Under the pieces are notes generated by a model, which saw only the letters and a list, made by a program, of their open reading frames with translations, searched no databases and was not told the origin of the DNA. A program made the translations under genes and the position numbers. Shown here piece after piece: positions 50,741-64,000 of a stretch of 64,000 nt of DNA. The stretch is from Marsupella aquatica (Eukaryota; Plantae; Marchantiophyta), in contig OZ316897.1 in assembly GCA_973895155.1 (NCBI GenBank), positions 1 to 64,000 of the forward strand, given 5' to 3'. Position 1 is the stretch's first letter. Every line of letters starts with the position of its first letter.

Positions 50741-53700
50741 TGCTAAATTTCCAAATCTACTTCCTCGGCGATGTATTAAGGTTACTGCTGAGTCTAGGAA
50801 CTCAAACAAAGTATGAGGAGAACCAAACTTTCCGCCCCTTGATAGCCTGATGTGCTAAGCTCCTGGAGAGCATCAACGCCAAAAAACTGCCATGAGAATT
50901 ACACACTCCGCTTGACCTGTCCTTTAAACTGCAGAAGAGATTCTTAGCAGATTCATATTTAAGGGCTTCACAGCGGAACGAGAATCCATATCCACAAAAT
51001 TTGGAGCTTGGAGTGTTTCAGAGAGAGTTCCTCAAGGTTACCACGATCACTACGAGGTGAGACTCATTTTTCACAGTCTCAGTTGACCGTAGCTTCAGTA
51101 AAAATTTTGGAAACTAGAACAGGTTTCCTGCATGGCAATTGTGGTGATCAGACTATCCACCCAGGCTTCGTTTACAAGCTTTGGAAGGGACAAAGATACG
51201 ATGAGAATGTTTGGAGTTCTCTCAGAGCAGTCGCGAATTGACTCAAAGTCAGGCACCTGTTTTAACTGACAGATATGGAGGCAACTCTGGGGACGGTGAC
51301 GGTTAAAGTGTAATGCATCAGACTTGCAAGTTCAGGCCTATGGGGATGGTCCTGTCGCTATAAGGCCTTTTGCACATCTTTGAGCCCGCAGCTCTTTATT
51401 AATTAACTTGGGATGGTGAGTTTATGGATCATCTCCCTTCCATTGAATTTCACCTTATTTTCTCCCCGCTACTCCCTTGCTTTCTCCCCATTATTGGGAC
51501 TCCTGCGAGCCTTTTCTTAGTGGCTAGATTCCACGTCTGTGACATGTCTTTACCACATTTGACAAAAATCGGCTAGCTGAAACCCTTTTCCTTAGTGGCG
51601 AAAATTCCCTAGATTCCACCTATGTGACAAGCCTTCACCACATTTGGCGAAAATTGGCTACATCTGAAATCTGAGGTCTCTTCACTCCTTCCCAACTGAA
51701 CCAAATTTTAAAGTCCAACCACACTTTATGACGTCATATCATGAAGCATGGGACTCACCAAAGACATTGTATCAGATACTGTACACCTAATCTGCGCCAC
51801 GCAAGTTTCCAAATGGGAAACTTCGATCACACAAACCAACCAGAAGCCCAAGATGCATACAGTATTTAGCTACAAAGTCTTGATTGAAACCGGCCTTCCT
51901 AGCCTTGATTCAAACCTAGTACACAGATCACCTACGGCAGGGATTTGCGTCATTTTGATGGAGCTCCATGAGCTTAGATCTCAATTCGTTGGCGTGCTCC
52001 ACGTATTGGTTAACAGCTGATTAGCCACTCTCCCCAGTGAATTGTTTTAGACTCTCTTTAGTACGTATGGTTGGGTATACTTGGTACTAATTAATTGTTC
52101 GTCCCAAGTTTGTCTAATTAAGTCAACCCAATCCCTTAGTTTTGCCCTGCAAATTTATAGTAACATGGGCAGGAAGCGCTTGCCGTATATCGGAGATTCA
52201 GTGGATGTTGAGCGCACTGTCTAACATAGGCACTAAAAGTAGTTCTCACATTGAACGGATTTTGGAAAGCTTGACACATGAAATCAAAGGGTCTAATACT
52301 AGGAATGCCGAGAGTGCATGGCTTAAATTACTAGTCTGGTGTTCCTTTCAAGTCCGGTCACTTCGGTTGTTGTGGACTATCAAGTTTGAAGTACAAATAC
52401 GTGGAATACTAGCTTTGCGGAATCAGGGGCCATGCGGTGTTGTGCTCAGACGAAGTCATGTCCCCAGGTGCATAGTATTTGAGCCCGATTTTAAAGTTGA
52501 TTGGTCTAGGTTGCCATGCGTTTGTCATGAAGTCAAGCATGAAGTCAAGCATTGGCCACGCGGAGATGGCTCCTTCCTTGGTGACTTCCAGCAATTCGTA
52601 CTGTTGTTTACTTTTTGTGTCTCGGTTGGTTGGTTCGTCACAACTTACAATGATACCAAGTTCGGACAATTGAATCAGATATTCATTCTGCGATTTGATT
52701 TTTCTTTTCGAACGGAAAAGTATACTCATGAAGGAAAAGTGAATCAACGCTACAGATCGTGTGGTTCATCTTCTCTCCAGTTGGTCTCTCAAAATTATAT
52801 CATGATTCCAGTTACTTTCCTGTACTTGCTACCCACCAATATGATCGTGTCTGATGTGTAATAGCTCGGCGGGTCCAGAGAAGTACTTGTGAATGTACTT
52901 CGTTTCTGGGTGCCAGCCTCCCGGGGCCGGATCAATCCGGTGCCATCGGTCATTCTGGTCCAAGCGGTGTACTTAGACCTGACTTCATCTTGTTAATTAT
53001 TGGTACGAGAGTGTATTGAACTCCATGGCTAAGGACATGCGCTTCATCTTTGAAAGCTGAAGCTTGCTGTATAAAAAGCCCCCTAGCTGAACCACAGAAC
53101 TTTTAGTGTGATATCACCATGATTTACTTCTGTTCTATATAAGACTACATTCAAAACCAAGACAATCTTTTGCCATCTTGAATACCGTCTTTCAATAATA
53201 TTATACACATCGGACTGGATTTGAAATGTGGGTCAATCAAGCATGAAACTGCCAATGGGATTATCTCAATGCTATCAAATACCCCCTCTGAGAGGAACTG
53301 GTGGAGAGATTAGAACAATCAAACGGAATTTGGATACTTAGGAAAGTAGCACTTTAGAAGAATGAAAGTTTATATAGGAAGAGATTTCATCAATCGCATG
53401 ACAGAGACCATAATAAAATCTAGCAGTGTGCTGGCTGAAGGAAGATCAAATCAGGAGTTGGATCCTCTGTTTTGTGGGCAACAGCTGGACCCTGACCTTG
53501 ACCCCGGCCCCATCTAGGAGAAGCAGTTGGAACAATTGGCGTTTTTGAGTGTACGATTAGTTGTTCTACCATAGCAGGATGGATGGGTTGATTCACTACG
53601 AATCCTGATTTGAAACAGGATGAACTTCATCAATAACCTTCAAAGTGCTCTCAGCTGATTGAATTGACAGTCCACGCATCAGTCTTTTGAGGTACACGAG

Positions 53701-53993
53701 AGATTCCGGAGGGGCATGGATTATTTGCAACCAGACACTCAATGCAAGAGCAGAACCTTCAGTAACCACAAGGTCCTCTGTCTCCCCTGTATGGGCTCCA
53801 GCTTGGGCGACGAAAAGTTCCACTCCTGCCCGTGGCCTGTAGATGAAGCCACAAGTTATATATTGAACACTCATTACAAGCACAGAAACACCTGAAACAC
53901 GAAAGTTTTTAAAACATTCATTTGCTTCAGTAATTGAGTCCCTTCCAACCTGCTTTGAAGGACTCCACTTTTTGGAAAATCACAATAATAGTA

Positions 53994-56137
53994 TTCCAAA
54001 ACCGCCCCTGCCAATCTCACAGTCTTTGTTGAATATTGCGTGTGTGCTTGTCATCCAGTCATCCGACTTGGGGTCACTTTTCCGAGTGAACATCACCAAT
54101 TTCCCCATTGCCATCTCAACGGTATTTGGAGATTGAGGATCGCTGTCGACGGTGCAGACATTCGACCTGCGCCTCGTCTGGGTGTACATGTTTAATAGAG
54201 TGACCATAATCACTCCCAAAGCAATAGCCGCTGCAGCCGAAATAGACGTAATAGCCGAGACGCTCAATATAGTCTGACTTCTCTTGCTCTTGAACAGGGG
54301 AGAGAGGCCTCATGGCTGTGCATTCGGGTCGTTTGGATTTATGATGAGTGGGTTGGGAAATGTTGAACACGAGAGGTTGATAGCTGATCCACAGAGCCCC
54401 GTATTCTGGTCAAACGCAGAGGTGTTCGTATGATTCAAGACACCACCAGTGGGTATAGGACCCTGCAATTGATTATGAGAGACGTTTATCGCCTGAAGAT
54501 TTTGCAGTTGGCCCAGATCGTTTGGTATCTCTCCCGTAAAGAAATTGATCGAGAGGTCCAGAAACTCCAGGTTTACGAGCCGGCCTAAATCGTTCGGAAT
54601 CGGTCCTGTCAAATTGTTTTGAGCAATATTCAAGTCTACAAGAGAAGTCGCATTGCCAAGCTCGCCTGGCAAGGAGCCATTGAGAAAATTGCCATTAAGC
54701 CGCAATATTCGAGTTGAAGGAGCGTTTCCTAAGCTGGCGGGAATGGTGCGGATCACATAGTTGTCGCTGAGGTCAAGGACAGCCAGAAAAGGCAGAGAAT
54801 CGAAGTCAATTGGAACATACGACGCTAGCATGTTTTTGGATAAGCTCAAATAGTGGAGGCTGGAGCAGGACGAAAGATTGGGGGGAACAGCACAGGAAAG
54901 GCCATTGTGAGATAGGTCCAGCCACCTGTAGATTTTGACAGCCGCAATTTGAAGAGTAATCGGGAACACCTCCAGTGAAGAAATTGTTGGACAGACGGAT
55001 CACCCGCGGAAGAGTAGTCAGCTTGAGGGGAATGTTCCCAGTGAGGTTATTCCAATTGAGGTCGATGGTCTCCAGCGTCTGCAGGGACCGGAAAGACGAA
55101 GGGATCTGGCCTCCAAATTGGTTCCCAGCCAAATTGAGCGATGTCAAACATATCATGTTGAAGAGCCAAGACGGGATGCTACCGGATAAATAGTTCCAAC
55201 CCAAGTCAAAGTACGGAGAGAAACCTCAAGTTGCCCAGCTGGAGTGGCAGCTCGCCAGAGAAGTGGTTCGAGTTTAGAACGAGTTCCTGCAGGAGCCCAC
55301 AGTTGCCAAGCTCTGAGGGGACTTGCCCTGAAAAGCCATTTCCCTGGAGACTCAGGGAAGTCAGATTGGTCAAGAAACCAACACCCACTGGAATTTGGCT
55401 TGAGAGAGAATTGTAGGAAAGGTCCATAGTTTGCAAACCTGCCAGAGAAAGAATTAGAAGAGAAGTTCAGTTCCTGCAGTTCCAAGCAAGAGCCAACGGA
55501 GAGAGGTATCCGGCCCTTAAGCCGGTTATTAGCCACAGAGATGTACCGCAAGCTCTGGCAATCATTTGAAAAGATCTGCGAAGGGAGTGGTCCCGAGAGA
55601 CCATTATTGGACAGATCAAGGGAGTAGAGGCTTCCAGCATTGCCAAATTCAGACGGTATGGTACCGCTGAGGGCGTTGTGACTAAAGTTCATCGATCCCA
55701 GCTTTGGAATCTGGGCAAGCTCTGGGTTGATGATGCCGGAGAAGTTGTTATAAGCCAAGTTGACACTCTCCAGTTGGTCTAGCTTCAGCAGAGCTCTCCC
55801 GATTGACCCCAATAGAGAGAGTCCTACCAGATTCAACTATGTGACTCTACCACTGCTCGGTCTGCAGAAAACTCCGTTCCACTTGCATGGGTTGGAGTCA
55901 TTGTCATTCAAAGAACTAAGCACCGAGTTGGGATCGCTTGAAAACAAGCAGAGCCATTACATCGTCGCTGATGAGCGGCACTGCCCCTGCGCTTGCCACT
56001 CCGCCAAGAAGTAAATGCACCAGACATGAAACCCATAGCTAGCCTCCAGTCGCTGCCCGGACGTTTTTACAATGCTGTGAAATAGGTGAATACGGAGACC
56101 TCCGAGCAATAGGACGTGATTTCCTCAAGAGCGCCAT
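53994..56137 (-). pseudogene. LRR receptor-like kinase (LRR-VII, IRK/PXC2-like) pseudogene truncated at kinase subdomain I
   Basis: Signal peptide and LRRNT (SDDVMALLVFK...PCKWNGVFC), many LxxLDLSxNxLSGxIP repeats over several frameshifted ORFs, TM segment (SAITSISAAAAIALGVIMVTLLN), then MGKLVMF...FNKDCEIGRGGFG where it stops. Start position approximate. Confidence 0.92.
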
Positions 56138-56375
56138 TTCTGCGTTTGTTGATGACTCTCTCATGATTGGATCAAATGATCCCTCATCAGCTGCAGAATT
56201 GGCAACAAGCTGTTGTGGCGCTGCTCTCCTTTGTACTGCGCGTGGGAAGACCGAAATCTAGCGACATTTTCAAACCATGTATTGTGCAGCCGTTATGAGC
56301 AACTCGCATCCTTTGCTCACAAATTAACTGTCTCCTGTCACGCCCACGGTTTTGCTGCTGAACTCTGCAGTTTCA

Positions 56376-56603
56376 AACATGGAGCTGGGTGAACTGGCTG
56401 CTAACAAGCTTTTCAAGTTGGAACCCGGTAAGGCCTATACATATGTGCTGCTCTCCAATATCTATGCTGCAGCTGGGAAGTGGAAGAAGGTGTCATCTGT
56501 GCGCACTATGATGCAACAGAGAGGTGTTCGGAAGGAGCCTGGACGTAGCTAGATCGAAGTTCATAACAAGATCCATGAATTTGTGGTGGGGGATACACAT
56601 CAA
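56376..56603 (+). pseudogene. PPR E/E+ domain fragment
   Basis: NMELGELAANKLFKLEP...YVLLSNIYAAAGKW...RGVRKEPGRS*IEVHNKIHEFVVGD, with a TAG at the conserved Trp. Confidence 0.9.
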
Positions 56604-57301
56604 ACATGGCAAACATTTAGTAAATCACCGATCTGAGTGGGTTAGGGTTATATAGTATAATAGCCTGAGAAATTGTATGTTTCTACTTAGACGGGCCCAC
56701 ATGACCACTGGACACGAGCTTCACAGAGCACACATGGAATCTGATGTCAGCAAGGCCCTTTTCTATTATAACTAACCTACCGCTAATTGGTCAAGTCCAA
56801 ATTGTGCTAGAATGGAAGAAGACTGATCATAACGCTTGTGCTTTTCAGTGAGTATCGACCCAATTAAACAAGCATCTTTCAAGGAATGAACGAAATCTCT
56901 CAAATGAATCACAACAATGAGTGAGTTGCTGCGATTCTTCTTCCTTCAAAGTCCCTACATATTGCTTTTTGATGTGAAGCTACCACTACCCGACATATGG
57001 ACAGGGGCCCTAAGGCACTTTCTGTCGGCCTCGTTTCCACCAGGCTGCTCCTACTTGGATGTCAATGTCTACCAAGGTGATTGCAGTGGTGATGCCATAG
57101 AACCTAATCTGTCACTCCGAATAATGCTGGCCCAACAAAGCTGAGCTTAGAATAAACAATTGGGCAGCAACAGGCGTTTGATACCCAACGACGATTGGAA
57201 TGGATTGAATGCCTCTCTCCTCTCCTCTCCTCTCCTTGTCTCTGCTGCTGCCTTTTGAGCTGCAATCGGAAGCGCTTCATCTTTCTTCGAGAACTCTGGC
57301 G

Positions 57302-59726
57302 ATAGTTCGCATTTTGACCCGAAGCTGCCCCGACGAGATGTCAAGATCTCTCTGGTTTGAGAGTCGAATGACGGATTGTGAATGAGTGAGTTGACAAAGA
57401 TCCACAAATGATTTTTGACCTGAAACGACTTCACCATCATGTGAGCCTTCCGAATCATAATGAAGTCCTTCCAAAACATCAAACACATTAGTCTTCAGGA
57501 TGTCAAAGTGTTCCCTGAAGAGCTTCTCGGTTTCCTCTTCAAATTTAGTTGCTGCAAACTTCCGAGCAAGTTTGAGCATCTGCCAAACATTATCTACTCC
57601 TAATCGTCGGCAAAGCTCAGCCTCGCAAAACTCAGCGTCGATGATTAATTATTTAGCATCTAGAACAAATTGGAAGGGATATCTAGTGAAGGCCGATCGC
57701 GATGTAGCAGTGATGACAAAACAACGTTGTAGGTCCTGTTTGGAGGCCAATTCAACGACAGTGGTTTGTATCAGCCCATCAAAAGCGGGATAATGATCAG
57801 CGGAGGTCAACTATTTTAGTAAATTTGTAGCAGGTCCTAGTACAGAACCATAGTGCTGAAAGTTGCCCTTTCTTTTCCCGGGGGGACATTTATGACAGGA
57901 CGTGATTGTTTCTCTCACCTAGAGATAGCCGATGGCATCACAATCGCTCTGGTGCTCCAGCCAAGCACAGCTCCTTGTTCCCAGAGCTACTGTCCAGAGT
58001 GCAAACTTACGTCGTGGCAGTCCTAGTGTGAACCAACCTTGATCAGGCCCCAAGAAAGCTGACAGAGCGGCTACATACTGAGGCTTGATTCCAAGCTGTG
58101 CAAATCTTGCACTTATCTGAGCATGCTTTGTCCCAGATGGGAACTCTGCCCTTTGGGTCCGGCCCCGTAGCATCAGCTCGTCCCAGCTGTTTATCGAACT
58201 GTCCCCATTGCCCATTTGATCCGGCACTGTACAGCTGTAGCCCCTTTTCCTCCTTGCCCCCACACTTCCGAATTGCAGCTCGAATGAATGTGCACCGACT
58301 GAGCAGCCAGGTGGATCAAATCAGCTTTAGTATTATGTCAGTCTTTGTCTGTTGTTGCTCCCTTTGGCTCAGCGTCCAAAGCTACTGACTACCTCGGGCT
58401 TGTTTGATAGTAGGTAAGCATGGGGTCGCTGCGAGTTGTTGTACTGTCCTGTATACTTTAGTGGCGCACCTCCTACCGAAGTATCATGTCTTTCCCCTGC
58501 TCAAATTGGCTCAGGTTCTGTACCATAGCATCCGTCTATCATCGGTATCAAGTTCTAATCACATTGGCTTGCTACAACATTACTCCGACAAGTCTCAGTG
58601 ACCCAACAGCATCGCGATCCCTAACTACTCCGCCAAATTTTCCAAAGCTCAGCACAGTATTGACTTTACACGTCACCTCTTAAGCAAACCATTCATTCCT
58701 GTAGACTCAAGCAACCGATGCTCAGAGTCTCATCGCCTTCGCAGATCATTGGGGGGCAACAGACCACCGACAGCACTTGAGAGATAGATAGGATGCATGC
58801 CGACGCTGGAGCCCAATCACCACTGAACAGCCCCGCCTGGCATCACCATTCTCTGGCTCGTGGGGTCCCGCCTTCATTTCTTCATCGTTTTGCTTCTCAT
58901 TGGACTATCGCAGCTTGAGTTTTTCAATTGGGCTTGTTACCAGTCTTGTCGTCTTGAGCTTCATCGAGGAGTCTCTAACACGTGTACAGTCGCTCGTCTG
59001 GTTAGATCGACTTTGTATCAACTGCTGCTGCCAACAGATCCTTGTGGTGAGTTCTCCCTTCTCTATTTCGAATGTATCTTCCCTCCATTCTGTTGTGCCT
59101 CCCCCTAGAGTCCCGTGGGCAGGATAGAGATGGATCCTCCGAGCTTGTATAGGAGCCAAGATTGATGGACAATGGTTTAATTAGCAAAGAGGCGATTTTA
59201 TCGCAGGCGCAAGTATGCAGAGAATGATGTCATTGTCCCGGCGAAGTAACAGAGTTTCTGAACGCAGAGCAAGGTGAAACCAAGGTTACATTGGGTGATG
59301 CCGAGAAGATCATCAATGAGCAGATGGCTCACGAGAATACGATATTGATGAAAGCGAAGCACTCCTTCACGTTGGATGCATTCCTCCAGTACCTTCTCGA
59401 CCCGGTTGTCAACATTGCTTACTTAAACAAGGTGAGACAAAACTAGACGCGTCAATTTTTCCGTTTCTCATGTCTCGAGTAAGGCACAAATTAGAGTGGA
59501 GCCAATCCAGTACTTCACGGTGAATTCTAGCACACTATTGTGGCTGCCGTAGTCGGCAGATCGGTGCAGATTGACTTGTGTGTTCAGACAATGCGTGATT
59601 CTATAAAGCTGTGAAGAGGGTCTATATATGGCGGATCTTTACAGGTACGGATGGCTCATAGGCAGTTTTGTGACTTTCGTGGTCGGAAGCTGCCTTCAAT
59701 CTGTCCCCGAGATAAGGCTGGGAAAT
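57302..59726 (+). repeat. Segmental duplication, block C copy 2
   Basis: Colinear with 21476-24535. Confidence 0.93.
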
Positions 59727-60261
59727 GCTTGCCATCAGGGGAAACTAGGTTCTCATTGTGTGTAAATTAAGGCTTCAAGAAAAAATGACTAGTGTCCAAT
59801 AGAACTATAAGCTTATTGTTTAATAGGCCCCAAGTCCGTCCTGAAAAAGAGACGCGAGATTCTCCAGAAACCGACAACACTCTTGAGGGCTATAGTTCAA
59901 TTTTTATTGATCATTGATCTGAGGTTTGGTCCTTCTTCTAGATTGCAGGATGTTGTGTATCTATAGTGAGAAATAACTATATCTCGTCATTGAGTTTGAT
60001 GACCTGGACTTCAAGAGGCATGGACTTCTCCCCACTTTTGAAATTAGATTCTGGTGGGTGCAATAGGTCCAATTTATATGTGTGGTGCAACGTTACATTG
60101 AAAAACCTCAATTGGTGCTTCTACTGCTAGAGCAAGGTTGAGGTGAGTCGGGGAGTTGGAGTTTGTATCTAATCTTTGCAATTCATATTTCAATGAGATC
60201 TGTGCAGACACATCCACCGTGTATTTTTTTCTAAAAGTTGTATTCTTCAAAAATCCAAAAA

Positions 60262-61900
60262 ATGACATTTCCACAACCCACTCAAGTAAGTAACATAATT
60301 TCTATTTTTTTCAATCATTTTTTTGAAAATTATTAATATAATAGACATTGTGGATTTAAGTGATTAAAAAATATTATATTATTACAATTTTATATTAATT
60401 TTTAATCAAAATTACTATTGGTAATAAATATTTACTATATTTAATAGTGTAACAGTTTTATTTAAAAAGTTTGGAAAAAAATTTGATTAGTACTGACACA
60501 AAATGAAATTGACAATTTTGCAGATGCTCCATAAACGAAGGGAGAGGAGAAAAAATCAAAATAAATTTCATGAATATGGAGCCGAATTTTCTATCATAAC
60601 ATTTTGTTCAATATGGGATTATCTAAGCAAATTATGTGAATCTAAACAACAATTTATTTTATATTGGATTTTAAAAAATGAAAATATTTTTGTATATTTT
60701 GTTACACACATTTTACAAATAAATGTGTCCAATTTTTCAAGAGCTAAATTTTTGAATGGGTATAACAACTGCAGAAGTGCAATTCCACCAATTCTCCCTC
60801 TTCAAACACTTCAACAAACCGAGAAAATCTTTCATCATCATCAACAGAGACAAAAATTGCCTCCACTATTGAAAAAATTCATGGGAAAATTTCACATCCT
60901 TAACCTATCCCAACTCCGTACCTTACAAGTAGAGAGGGTAGCTTCTTGTAAAGTTGACAATACATTCTCTTCAACACAAGTAGAAGTGCAACAAATATCA
61001 AAATCACAACTGAAAAAATTGACTGGAGTGATAATGGGAAATTGGAAGGAAGACATGACTAAAACCAATCATAGTAATCCTACATTCACATTTGAGCGTT
61101 ATCCATCAAATTTTCTAGTGATAGAGAAATCTGAAAATATTGTTTACTTTTACGACAAGTCAGGGAAAAAGCCTTGGCTTGTAGCAATGCTCATGCACCA
61201 ACAAATATTGGGAGTGACAACATTACAATTCATTCGAAAACTTTTGAGTGCATTGTTTGTTGCTCATTCTCCATTTCAAAGAGGCGAGGGGAAAAAAGCT
61301 TTTGACAGCTTCATGACAGGATATGGTCCTTGGAATAGCAGTTACATGGGTGGCCGTTTGACTTATTACACACACCAGAAGAAGATGAATACCATTTTCA
61401 ATGATTGCCTTGATGTCAAAGATTTTGAGAAGTGGATCGATAAATATTCACATATTGAACTTATGGATATTATATTGGGCCTTTATATGTGGTGGTGCCC
61501 AGAGATGATAGAGTGTTTTTTGGAATACTCTCATCCGTACTTACTATCATGTGATCGTGACAAACATCATGGAAGTGAAGAGCAAATAGGGGAGAATGTT
61601 AGACCTAGTACTTACCAATTATATATAAGTGAGGATTATTGTGTGCAAACACATGCTGATGATGATGCAACTGACTTCACCTTAGCGTATGCTAGTCATC
61701 CTGACCATTTCCTTTCAGCAATCGATTTTGTAATTCCAGAGTATGGAATTAGATTGCCAATTAGAGATGGAAATCTATTTGCATTTCGGAGCGATGTAGT
61801 TCATGGTACAGGCTTTAGGATGAAAACATCGAATCCTGCATATGTTGGAGCTATTACCGTAAATAAAAACCTCAGCAGACTGATGCAAAAATTACATTAA
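60262..61900 (+). CDS. TET/JBP-like (Tet-like) Fe(II) dioxygenase, about 466 aa; predicted exon 1 60262-60285, intron 60286-60523, exon 2 60524-61900
   Basis: Intact ORF 60503-61900. The C-terminal DSBH reads FMTGYG...GGRLTYY...YQLYISEDYCVQTHADDD (HxD at 61652-61660)...FVIPEYGIRLPIRDGNLFAFRSDVVHGT (distal His 61802-61804). Upstream ATG 60262, donor CAA|GTAAGT, branch-like TACTGAC (60491) and acceptor TTTTGCAG|ATG are in phase 0. Confidence 0.75.
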
Positions 61901-62811
61901 AATTATTGTGTAGATGTGCTCTCCCGGGGCAAGCTGAGAGCGCTTGGAGGGGCTACTCAAAGTGGTGAGTGCTCGTAGGGTGGAGATGACACCATGGTCA
62001 TTTTGGATTTAGCCTGGTCATCATTATATTTGGTATTGAAATTCAGATTCTGACGTCATTTTAGCGATTCTTTCAAGAAGAGTAAGGGTTGGCATAATCT
62101 CGTTGAAAAATGGAATGTTGTCATCATGACTTTGCAATATTGGGCAAGTTGAGGTGTGAAAGGTAAGGCATGTTACTTGTTATGGGGGTGATATATTGAA
62201 ATGGGGAGGTTTTGCAAGATAGAAGAACTCAAATAAATCAACTCAAAGGTGGAATTGATATGATCAGCACACGTACCCTTGAGAGTAACAAACACTTTGA
62301 TGATGAGGCACCAACCACAAGTTGAAAACCCCAAAGGACAAGGGTGGGTGTGGATGTCCGGAAAATGGTCTTATTCTTGTGGGGTTAGTGGTATGCATTT
62401 TATTGTATGACTTTGTAGAAGAAACATACAGGCAACTTCACCTTGTTTAGTAAATCACCCTTATACTCATTGGGCTCGTTACTTGCTTCCCATGGGCTGA
62501 AGATACAACTGTAGAGATTCTAGGTGGGCATCCAAACTCATCAAGGGCATAGTTACACTTGATTTGCGTGAACACCTCCAGTCATCAAATTATTGAATGT
62601 TGTCCAAACTAATCTTCTAAGCCATTTTGGTTTGCCATGACACAACCCATGCAGACCATTGAAATAAGCACATGTCAAACTGATTTTTTTGAATACCCTG
62701 TCTGATTCTTGTAGGCCCGCTTGTAGATCCATTACAAGGAGTCAGAGTGAATTGCAGAATTGGCCATTGTTTGTAACGGGTCTGGAAGGCTTGACAAGGT
62801 TAGTACATCTT

Positions 62812-63450
62812 AACACTTGCATTTTATGATTGACATGAGGGCATTCCAGCACTCATGTTGCAAGGCAGGGGGCTGTTTCACCTGGATTCAATTATGATAA
62901 GAATTACATATAAAAGTAGAAAGGAAGAATTAAATTCACATCCTTTATTGCCTCCTATTATTTTCACCTTCCCATGTACTTGTTTCGTCTATGGTATCAC
63001 ATTGTTTCTGGGGGCGGTGGTGGTTGGAAAAGGTTGGCACATTTTGACACTTGCATTTAACAATTGAGATAAGGGCATTCCGGCACTCATGTTGCAAGGC
63101 AGGGGGCTGTTTGACCCGGAGTCAATCATACAAAAATTATATATAAAAGTAGAAAAAAAAACCAAATTCACATCCTACATTTCCTCCTACTGTTTTCCCT
63201 CTCCTGCTTGTTTCTATTAAGGTATCATATTATTTCTAAAGAAGGAGGGGGGCAGCTCAAAAATGTTAATATATCTTGACACTTACATTTAATGATTGAG
63301 ATGAGGGCATTCCGGCACTCATGTTGCAAGGCAGGGGGCTGTTTGACCCGGACTCAATCATACAAGAATTACATATAAAAGTAGAAAAGAAAAACCAAAT
63401 TCACATTCTACATTTCCTCCTACTATTTTCGCTTTCTTACATATTTCTAT
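62812..63450 (+). repeat. Tandem repeat of about 233 bp, about 2.7 copies
   Basis: GGGCATTCC(A/G)GCACTCATGTTGCAAGGCAGGGGGCTGTTT at about 62839, 63073 and 63305. Confidence 0.9.
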
Positions 63451-64000
63451 TATAGTTGTAGTTTGCCAGAGAGAACCAAAAGCACACTTTTATGTCTCTA
63501 AACTTTTATGAACCCTAAAGTTCCACTGACCATTTGTCTTATGAATCTATACAACACAGCGGAGTTATATGAATTCACATGGTCCGAGAATTCCCAAGAT
63601 TACAGGGATTTATGAAAATATACATTTTGACTGGGATGACAAAGATTTAGAGTAAAGATCTCTTTATTTTCACACAAAGTGCATTTTGGAATGACATGGG
63701 AGTTTGAAAGTTTAGATGGATATCCTCTACGAATGCATGATTCTTTCAACATCCCATCCGAGCTTACGACTCTTTTTGGTCTTTCTCCGTGGTTTAAAAA
63801 GCAAAAGCCAACGCCCGCTGAATGGCTCCCTTTTTGCTAAAAGGCATTAAAACAGAAGCTCAATTTAGTCAATTGACACATTAGCTGTCCGCTATAAAGT
63901 TGGATTGCACGACATCACAAGTGACGTGTTTACCATGTTTTGGGAGCTACTCCTTCGCAGTAGCTGTCACCTTCTCCCAAGCCTGGTGGGTTGTGTTGTT

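Noticed and set aside
52142-52861. 239-aa ORF
   Set aside because: Non-ATG start, no recognisable motif, and unclear strand. Treated as a chance or antisense ORF.
60503-60523. ATG 60503 as the true start of the dioxygenase
   Set aside because: It falls between a branch-point-like TACTGAC and a TTTTGCAG acceptor, so it is more likely intronic.

Overview
Left end of a land-plant chromosome, probably a bryophyte (inferred from gene style). The window opens with about 2 kb of (CCCTAAA)n telomere joined directly to a 9.4-kb segment that is duplicated internally (1984-11346 vs 24575-33984). The subtelomere is a patchwork of duplications, minisatellites and broken host-gene copies (SMC2, PPR, BTB-like, F-box-like, PI-PLC, VPS60, LRR-RLK). 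Two things stand out. (1) A family of roughly 4-4.6 kb mobile units: the best copy (39251-43856) has TG...CA termini and a perfect 5-bp target-site duplication. It has no paired LTRs and no gag/RT/integrase/transposase motifs, yet carries one long reading frame (novel N-terminal domain, plant-transposon accessory-like domain, coiled coil). Three diverged members are present; they look like giant protein-coding solo LTRs. (2) An intact, probably spliced TET/JBP-type dioxygenase gene (60262/60503-61900) with HxD...H but without the usual 2-oxoglutarate-binding Arg, in an AT-rich, possibly transposon-borne block. Two short telomere-repeat insertions inside non-telomeric DNA, one polymorphic between near-identical duplicates, point to telomerase-type repair of internal breaks. 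All family assignments are by eye from motifs; no database searches were run.
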